Assembly (NCBI GenBank): GCA_020137815.1
Contig: WFME01000039.1
Span: 1-7,688 of the forward strand
From: Hormiphora californensis
Taxonomy: Eukaryota; Animalia; Ctenophora
Direction of reading: 5' to 3'
DNA length: 7,688 nucleotides
Shown here: in pieces, positions 1 through 6,030 of the stretch
Layout of the letters: each line of letters begins with the position of its first letter
Position numbering within the stretch: the stretch's first letter is position 1
Program-made: the position numbers and the translations under genes
Notes under the pieces: generated by a model
Databases searched by the model: none
What the model saw: only the letters and a program-made list of their open reading frames with translations
Told to the model about the DNA's origin: nothing

Positions 1-35
1 GACCATACTAGCTGGGTTGAACACATCTGGCTTAC

Positions 36-200
36 GTCCAGCAGAAAGAGCCGCGATGTTTGGCCCCTATTCTCTTGCTTCACTCTGGATCCCAGTAGTG
101 GTGGAGAACTCATCCCACTTCTTTCACCATTTGTGTCCCCTGTCTTCCGACCAATAGGACCTTTCTTTACGCTACCCTTAACCGAACCGTCGCCTCCCAT
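36..200 (-). CDS. Possible first coding exon of an unidentified gene running off the left edge (MGGDGSVKGSVKKGPIGRKTGDTNGERSGMSSPPLLGSRVKQENRGQTSRLFLLD)
   Basis: The minus-strand ATG at 200-198 opens a frame with no stop to the window edge (66 codons). A GTAAGC donor-like site starts at 35 (minus strand), exactly after codon 55. The segment is more GC-rich than its upstream flank. No recognisable domain. Confidence 0.35.
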
Positions 201-461
201 TGGGTACGAGGAAAACACAGATATTTTTGTTTGGTGAACAAGATTAGGGCACAGAACAAAGAGCGGTGGAATACAGATTTTTGTTGTGTTCCCCCTTATT
301 AATTCAAAAACTTGTATAAATATGACCTCTCTACTAGGTCTCTCACGCTCATCGAAAAGATCACGGTCACGTGGTCTTACAAGATTTCCGGACCTTTAAT
401 TTAACAAATATATAATTCCTCAATATTTTAATCTCCTCGTCTTTACAGATGGTTCTCCAAG

Positions 462-464
<3 letters not shown>

Positions 465-506
<42 letters not shown>

Positions 507-560
507 CCTCTCTCTCTCTCTCTCTCCTCTCTCTCACTCTCTCTCTCTCTCTCTCTCTCT
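465..560. repeat. (CT)n microsatellite, slightly imperfect
   Basis: Directly visible TC dinucleotide run with a few interruptions. Confidence 0.97.
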
Positions 561-854
561 AAGGATGAGTGATCGGGTCAATATGGCTAATGCAGTCTTG
601 ATTAAAGTTCAAATGGGCTTATCAAATGATTGGGTGCACAAATGAATATGTGGGACTCAATATTATAATGAACGATGAGCTGATCAATGAGCGGGGAAAT
701 AATTCCATGGTCATGAGAGAATCATAATAATATGGGTGATAAGACGAAGACAAAATGACGAATATAGAGACCAACAATTATGTAACTAAAATGACAATAA
801 CAGTGATGTTAAACAATAGTGACAAAGTGAATACGTGACATAAGAATGCATAGC

Positions 855-1070
855 TTGCAAACAAACCGGAATAAAACTAACAGACAAACTGAGAAATATA
901 ACGGTACAAACTTATAAGTATATAGACAGAGAAACCGACAGACAGACAACTGAACAGCCACACAAAGGAATAAACTGACAAACGAAGAGACAAATAAACA
1001 GGTACACTTACAGGTAGACAAACAGGTAAACAAACAAATTCGACAAGCACAGGAAGTGCACACATACACA
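855..1070. repeat. Degenerate ACAA/ACAG low-complexity tract
   Basis: Recurrent acaa/acag/acac words with strong A/C strand bias. This explains the Cys/Leu/Val/Ser-rich minus-strand ORFs 809-1105 and 877-1071. Confidence 0.7.
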
Positions 1071-1190
1071 TTTTTTCCCTGCCCGGGTGAATGCCCGAAG
1101 GGCATTCACCCGGATGATGTTTTTAGCACGCACGTGCTAAAAAGATCATTCAGGGTTTAGAAATCAGCAGATCGTGGGGGTTAACTAAAT

Positions 1191-1217
1191 GTCCGTCCGT
1201 CCGTCCGTCCGTCCGTC
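1191..1217 (+). repeat. (GTCC)6 tetranucleotide microsatellite inside the HINE
   Basis: Six perfect GTCC units plus GTC. GTCY repeats are characteristic of DINE-1-like elements. Confidence 0.95.
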
Positions 1218-1478
1218 ACGGACAACGCCTAACAACAAGTCTGCTCCTTCATAAAAATTTTCATCTCACGCTTCGTTGATTCAACAAAGGAAATGATTAA
1301 CACACATTGTGGCGCGCAATTACTCGCTGATAGCACTTCCCACTATCACCTGAAATCACTTTGGGCGCCCTACAGCCATGCCATGAAGTGGTAGAACGTC
1401 TTCCAAGCATGAAACTACTGTCACTAGTGACTCGAGTTGAGATGCGGTTAAAGTTGAAGCACTTGGTAACCAACTGGG

Positions 1479-1598
1479 GTCTCCTAAGCAACTGCCTTGG
1501 TTGCCATAACAACTGTCTTGGTTACCATGGCAACTACTTTGGTTACCATAGCAACTGCGTTGGTTACCATAGCAACTAACCTAGTTACCTTAGTAACC
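1479..1598. repeat. 21-bp minisatellite (about 5.5 units, consensus GCAACTRCNTTGGTTACCATA); each period contains an RFX X-box-like palindrome
   Basis: Units start at 1488, 1509, 1530, 1551 and 1572. GTTRCCWTRRYAAC words occur at 1500, 1521, 1542, 1563 and 1584, with a degenerate copy at 1479. Confidence 0.92.
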
Positions 1599-1782
1599 AA
1601 CATCGCATCAGCCAAAAAATGCTCTTTGAGCACAAAATTCATCAGGAAATCCAGTTTTGAAGCTTATTCATAAATTTTAAATCCATTTGTGGCAGGGAAA
1701 CACCGCATTATGAACACATAATGCAATAATTCTTGTTATATGGAATTTTGTCCTCGTATTTTCTGTCAGAATCTGTATAACA

Positions 1783-1931
1783 CGCACGTGAATTGGAGCC
1801 GCGGCGCGGCGCATCTGCACGTGCGGGTTTTCAAGAGAGAGTGAGAGACAAACGTACAACGTTAATGTGCGTCTCTCTCTTTAATCTCGCACGTGAACTT
1901 GAGCCGCGGCGCGGCGCATCTGCACGTGCGG
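1783..1931. repeat. Two 44-bp GC-rich direct repeats (1783-1826, 1888-1931), each bounded by CGCACGTG...CACGTGCG
   Basis: 42/44 identical, 105-bp period, four CACGTG hexamers in total. Confidence 0.9.
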
Positions 1932-1936
1932 TTCTT

Positions 1937-1987
1937 CCAGATAGAAATTCCAAATAGAAATCCCAGATAGAAATTCCAAATAAAAAT
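1937..1987. repeat. 13-bp tandem repeat x4 (CCARATAGAAATY)
   Basis: Units at 1937, 1950, 1963 and 1976, alternating CCAGA/CCAAA variants. Confidence 0.9.
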
Positions 1988-2183
1988 GTGTATGACGCCG
2001 TGTTACGGGATTGGTTTGATTGCTAGGAGCCACACTGACATAATGCATATGTTCCTGTGTTACGTTACAAACTAGATAAGACTTGAATTCAGTGACTGAC
2101 GACTGTTGACTGTTGTTTATTTCTTGCTATTTAGGTGTTCACTACAACATATTATACGTCATATCATATTCACGCCTGAAAAT

Positions 2184-2205
2184 CTAACTTATTTTTTATA
2201 TACAG
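2184..2205 (+). promoter_or_regulatory. Putative 3' splice acceptor (cis or trans) just upstream of the sulfotransferase start codon
   Basis: Branch-point-like CTAAC at 2184-2188, a T-rich tract, and TACAG|G ending at 2205, 15 nt before the ATG at 2221. Confidence 0.55.
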
Positions 2206-2220
2206 GTATATATATGTGTT

Positions 2221-3521
2221 ATGCCACGAAGGTTTCACTATTTCGTGTGGCTGATCATCCTTGCAGTGGTCTTCCTGCTGCTGCGTTACAATTACGATAG
2301 CCAAACAGCGGACAACAACCTGCTGCGTTACAATTACGATAGCCAAACAGCGGACAACAACCTGATTCAGTTTCCTGTACTAATCAAGGAGCCAGCGAAT
2401 AAAGAGGATGTTGGGAAGGATGCTGTGAAGGATGTTGGGAAGGATGTTGGGAAGGATGTTGGGAAGGATGCTGTGAAGGATGTTGGGAAGGATGCTGTGA
2501 AGGATATTGGGAAGGATGTTGGGAAGGATGTTGGGAAGGAACCGGTGTGTGAACCAAGGTTAAAACCCCCTACAACGAATTGTTCCGCCAATTCTGAGAC
2601 ATTTTTAGAACTAATTAAAGAGCGCAGGGAATTAGTCCAGGAGCGATGTAAGAGTCTGAAGCAATACAGACAAGACTCCGTCCCAAGTGAAACATGGTTT
2701 TTGAACAAGACAGGAAATCAGGGGATCGTTTATTGCCCCATTTTCAAAGCTGCCAGTTCTTTTACCGAGGCCCACTTTTGTCCGCCATACTTTAGTGCTG
2801 ACATCTGTGACGATATTGGGGCAGGCGAATGGAGAGAGGAGGGAGTTCACGAAAAGAAAGCACCTACAGGAACTCCTAAACTGTTAACCGTGCGAAACCC
2901 TTTCGATCGAGTTCTCTCGGCGTATCGTGATAAAATCCAAGCTCTAGCACCAGATAGCCCTTATAGAGATAACGTTTTTAATGATATTGTGCGGCATCAT
3001 AGATTTATATCCTTTGAAGATAGCAGAAGGGACAACCTGTTAAACGAAGCCAAGAATATGTCTAAAATAATCCCATACGAGAGAGGTGTAAGTGTTTATA
3101 TGGAGGGGTCTACCAACCCTTATCTTAATCCAGTTTCGGCGACTTTCCCAGAGTTCATCAAAAATCTGCTAACGGATTACTGGCGGAACGAGCACTGGGC
3201 CGAGATGACTGAGCAGTGTGCACCGTGTAAAGAAAACTATGAGTATATTTTAAAAACAGAGGATTATATGTGTGAATTTCCCATGTTTTTGGATGTAATC
3301 GGAGCATCGGACATCAAATTGATAACAAAAAGAAGTCAAATATCAACGATGCAAGGAAAGACTCTCAGTATGCAGATGTGTTTGAATATTACGGACAGCT
3401 TGCTGATGATACCATTGATGCATTTGTGCAGTGGTTCAAAGATGATTGTTTCTTATTTGACTACGATTGTGAGAGGTTGGCTTGTGAAATCAAGGAGTGG
3501 AAGAATAGAAACAACTTGTAA
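2221..3521 (+). CDS. Golgi type II membrane carbohydrate sulfotransferase, Sulfotransfer_2 / HNK-1ST (CHST8-14-like) family; contains a 1-nt frameshift at about 3276-3340 (the ORF as assembled reads on to 3531; corrected product about 433 aa)
   Basis: Short basic N-tail MPRR, then a hydrophobic anchor FVWLIILAVVFLLL and a repetitive stem. 5'-PSB-like YCPIFKAASS (2731-2760) and 3'-PB motif VRNPFDRVLSAYRDK (2890-2934). Further family motifs TFPEFI and NEHW-x6-CAPC-x2-NYEYILKTE. The C-terminal EYYGQL...WFKDDCFLFDY motif is present in the shifted frame ending TAA at 3519-3521. Confidence 0.9.
2278..2364 (+). repeat. Perfect in-frame 42-bp tandem duplication (LLRYNYDSQTADNN x2)
   Basis: 2278-2319 is identical to 2320-2361. 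Confidence 0.97.
2404..2540 (+). repeat. Coding 12-bp minisatellite, 11 units (KDVG/KDAV tetrapeptides) in the sulfotransferase stem
   Basis: AAGGATGTTGGG / AAGGATGCTGTG units in frame. Confidence 0.97.
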
Positions 3522-3660
3522 AGCTTTTTAGTTGTTTATGTTTTATTTGCTCACCGATTTAGTCACATCATCGTCCCCACCCACTATTCTGAAATATAAA
3601 TCCACCCCTCTGAGCTTTCTCGAAACGAGAGCTCGCTGTGCTCCCTAATCGGTCCAGAAT

Positions 3661-3728
3661 GGTTAGGGTTGCTGTTTGGGATCGAGGGTATTGTTAGGGT
3701 TAGGTTTAGGGTCGGGATTAGGTTTTAG
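3661..3728 (+). repeat. Short degenerate telomere-like (TTAGGG) tract
   Basis: TTAGGG at 3663, then in-phase TTAGGG TTAGGT TTAGGG TCGGGA TTAGGT at 3694-3723. Confidence 0.7.
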
Positions 3729-3741
3729 AACTAGCGTCCGG

Positions 3742-3919
3742 GGACTCTTTGTCTGAGTATGGGGGACTCTATGTCTACCAAGTCTAACACAGGGGGACTC
3801 TATGTCTAAAAAATTCCGGACTTTATGTATAAAGTCTAAAGTTAGACTTAGAGTCCGTTTTAGACTTAGAGTCCGCCTTTTTTAGACCTGGAGTCCGTTA
3901 GACTTAAAGTCCTCGACCC
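3742..3919. mobile_element. Modular fold-back / MITE-like structure built from 14-bp units
   Basis: Four forward GGACTYTWTGTMTR units (3742, 3764, 3795, 3818) and four inverted TAGACYTRRAGTCC units (3843, 3861, 3883, 3899) around a centre at about 3840 (AAGTCTAA-AG-TTAGACTT). Confidence 0.55.
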
Positions 3920-4128
3920 TTTTGTTTAAGTTAAATTTTGTACTTTGTTTATATCCCAATTTCTTAACCTTTGTTATAATATTCCGTGTTTTAGTATTCG
4001 ACATGCTTTTTCTGCTCATGCAGACCAGAAAAACATTACTGCTGTCCACATAAGGGACCAGTTACAGATTTGGTTCTTGGTGCGCGAATTTTTGCACACT
4101 GCTCAACTCCCCATTCATTCTAGCTGGA

Positions 4129-4391
4129 AATTTAGTCGCGCATTGTAAATGATGACGCACAGCATGGTTCATCGGGAATCTCCCATCAGGAATCTCCCAT
4201 CAGGAAACTGACGCCCGGGCGGTTCCAAATCTGTAACTGGCGCGTAACAGGGATTGGAGTGGCCAAGGGTTTATGAGGTGCATTGAAATTTAATCAATCA
4301 GTAATAAGAAGAGTGAATACCGGCGGCCTTTTAGGTTGGTAAACACCAAGTTTACATCTTTACCAACCTAAGAGGCAGCCCGTATTCACTC
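4129..4391 (+). repeat. 263-bp direct repeat, copy 1 (identical to 5521-5783)
   Basis: Base-by-base comparison shows no differences, offset 1392 bp. Contains a 14-bp tandem duplication (GGAATCTCCCATCA x2) and an inverted repeat 4311-4343 / 4359-4391. Confidence 0.97.
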
Positions 4392-4540
4392 GTTTGTTTG
4401 TTTTGTTTGTTTGTCACTAAACCATGGGATACGCTCAGCAAACCTCCATACCAACCCGGGTATGTGGTAACTATGGCGCTGAGTCCCTTTCTCTCCCCTG
4501 GGAGAGAAAGAGACTCATGGTTTAAATTTCTGGAACATTC

Positions 4541-4710
4541 GAGAGGATCTTGGTCCGTTAGGTAACGTTTTGCCTTTGAGGGGGTCTTGGTCGGGTAGGT
4601 AACATTTTGCCTTTGAGAGGGTCTTGGTCTTGAATATAGGTAACGTTTTGCCTTTGAGAGGGTCTTGGTCGGGTAGGTAACGTTTTGCCTTTGAGAGGGT
4701 CTTGGTCTGG
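4541..4710. repeat. 37/41-bp minisatellite, about 4.5 units (TAGGTAACGTTTTGCCTTTGAGAGGGTCTTGGTC core)
   Basis: Units at 4559, 4596, 4637 and 4674, preceded by a partial unit. Confidence 0.95.
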
Positions 4711-5124
4711 TTTGATATTTATCGTATTTGTTGGTCTGTCTGGGGCACACTCTCAAGCTATGTCTTGTCTTACTCTTAATTATTGAATAGTCAATTACAT
4801 TCACAATATCAACTGTACACAATAAATGAACAAACAATACGGACAGGTGAACTTACGACCTTGATGAATGATTGGTACCGTGATGTTGTTGGTGATGAGA
4901 TGAGAGGTGTAAACATTTCCAATGGTGACAAAGAACGAAAACGATCAAACACAAACAATGGGTTGGGCAGATTGTAGCACCACTAGAGTGTAAAATGTTC
5001 TAGAAGACGATTCGGATGAGATAGATAATAACATTTGTTAGTTGTTACACGCGATAAGCGACTTAGTGCACCAAAACACAAGGATTGTCTCTGTAGTGTG
5101 GTGTTTTGCAATGTCCGCTATATT

Positions 5125-5169
5125 GGGAGAGGTGGGTGGGGGAGGGCGGGTGGGGGTGGGGCGGGGGGG
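5125..5169 (+). other. G-rich tract with G-quadruplex-forming potential
   Basis: Seven consecutive runs of >=3 G separated by single bases (5134-5169), in AT-rich surroundings. Confidence 0.6.
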
Positions 5170-5520
5170 TAATATTGGAAAAAAATTGTTGCTGTAATTT
5201 AGTAATGAGACCAGGCCAGGCCCGAGAGACAGTTCAGTGGTAACTGGGAGGTCATGTGTGATGGAAATGAGAACTAGAGGCAGATTTGAGTTGCATTTTA
5301 TTGAGGAAAATAGCCCTTTTTAGTGTCTGAGACAAGCAAAAGTGAAACGAAATGCAACGTAACGAACGAGTAATGAATAGAATTCTGCTCTGTGACTTGT
5401 TAGTGCTCCTTTATCAAACACGCAATGGCAAAGTACAAAGTTTCCCAAATTTAATTAAATGCGAAATTTCAAAGTTTTGGTCGATTTTGGCCAAAATTGC
5501 TGCCCTAAACTAACTATTGG

Positions 5521-5783
5521 AATTTAGTCGCGCATTGTAAATGATGACGCACAGCATGGTTCATCGGGAATCTCCCATCAGGAATCTCCCATCAGGAAAC
5601 TGACGCCCGGGCGGTTCCAAATCTGTAACTGGCGCGTAACAGGGATTGGAGTGGCCAAGGGTTTATGAGGTGCATTGAAATTTAATCAATCAGTAATAAG
5701 AAGAGTGAATACCGGCGGCCTTTTAGGTTGGTAAACACCAAGTTTACATCTTTACCAACCTAAGAGGCAGCCCGTATTCACTC
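5521..5783 (+). repeat. 263-bp direct repeat, copy 2
   Basis: Identical to 4129-4391. Confidence 0.97.
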
Positions 5784-5798
5784 TCCTTATTACTGATT
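5688..5798. repeat. Long inverted repeat: 48-bp arms (5688-5735 / 5751-5798), 4 mismatches, 15-nt spacer
   Basis: Left arm AATCAGTAATAAGAAGAGTGAATACCGGCGGCCTTTTAGGTTGGTAAA versus the reverse complement of the right arm AATCAGTAATAAGGAGAGTGAATACGGGCTGCCTCTTAGGTTGGTAAA. Confidence 0.93.
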
Positions 5799-6030
5799 TC
5801 TTCATGTTATTGGGATTATATTAGAGTGATCCATAATGATTTTCGCTAGCTATTTTTTCGGGGTTTCGTTCATGGGAGCCCTAAAATTTTTACATGAACT
5901 TGTTCGGAACGAAATTTTGATCTCACAACCCATGCGCACCACCACCCGTTTGGACGGAGTTGGATGAAATCAGACGGAAACCAAACCCGTCTCGAGCAAG
6001 TCTTTGCCTGCGAAGCAGGCAAGCCCCGTA

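Larger units (their letters stand above)
1071..1737 (+). mobile_element. Non-autonomous Helentron-associated element (HINE / DINE-1-like)
   Basis: Starts in a T run. 10-bp subterminal inverted repeats TTTCCCTGCC (1074-1083) / GGCAGGGAAA (1691-1700). Two 5' hairpins (1083-1113, 1114-1149), a (GTCC)6 microsatellite (1191-1214), central 21-bp tandem repeats (1488-1598), and a 3' stem-loop GCATTATG-AACA-CATAATGC (1705-1724) just after the right subTIR. Ends TTCTTGTT with no target-site duplication. This order matches the known HINE/DINE-1 architecture. Confidence 0.8.
4359..5750 (+). mobile_element. Putative 1392-bp non-autonomous element with imperfect subterminal inverted repeats (possibly HINE-like, possibly composite)
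   Basis: Begins TTTACCAACCTAAGAGGCAGCCCGTATTCACTC, followed by a (GTTT)n microsatellite (4392-4414), a hairpin (4480-4517) and 37/41-bp central tandem repeats. Ends with the imperfect inverse GAGTGAATACCGGCGGCCTTTTAGGTTGGTAAA (5703-5735) plus CACCAAGTTTACATC. No transposase ORF. Confidence 0.45.

Noticed and set aside
809-1105. Cys-rich hydrophobic small proteins on the minus strand
   Set aside because: Translation of a TGTT/TGTC low-complexity tract. The longer ORF also crosses the mobile-element boundary.
1083-1149. Rho-independent terminator or tRNA-like RNA gene
   Set aside because: Eukaryotic context, no cloverleaf or A/B boxes. The hairpins are better explained as part of the element's 5' end.
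1479-1598. CRISPR array or coding repeat (ORFs 1361-1579 and 1297-1512)
   Set aside because: A spacerless 21-bp tandem repeat. The ORFs are by-products of a repeat whose length is a multiple of 3, and 1361 starts at TTG.
2367-2850. Antisense ORFs 2367-2708 and 2632-2850
   Set aside because: Shadows of the sulfotransferase CDS and its 12-bp repeat (SFPT/SFTA), with no independent evidence.
3300-3345. Programmed -1 ribosomal frameshift in the sulfotransferase
   Set aside because: No canonical in-frame X XXY YYZ slippery heptamer or obvious downstream stimulatory structure. A simple indel is more parsimonious.
3661-3728. True telomere or chromosome-fusion scar
   Set aside because: Only three perfect TTAGGG units, degenerate and in one orientation, embedded in a repeat-like context.
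4541-4710. CRISPR array (repeat length about 37 bp)
   Set aside because: Units are contiguous with only 3-7 variable bases, with no unique spacers, no cas genes and a eukaryotic context.
4352-4837. 161-aa minus-strand ORF
   Set aside because: Runs through a minisatellite, a microsatellite and a repeat terminus, with no domain features.
4129-5783. LTR retrotransposon / TRIM bounded by the 263-bp repeats
   Set aside because: The repeats lack TG...CA ends, there is no flanking target-site duplication, no recognisable primer-binding site follows copy 1 (it runs into GTTT repeats), and there are no gag/pol remnants.
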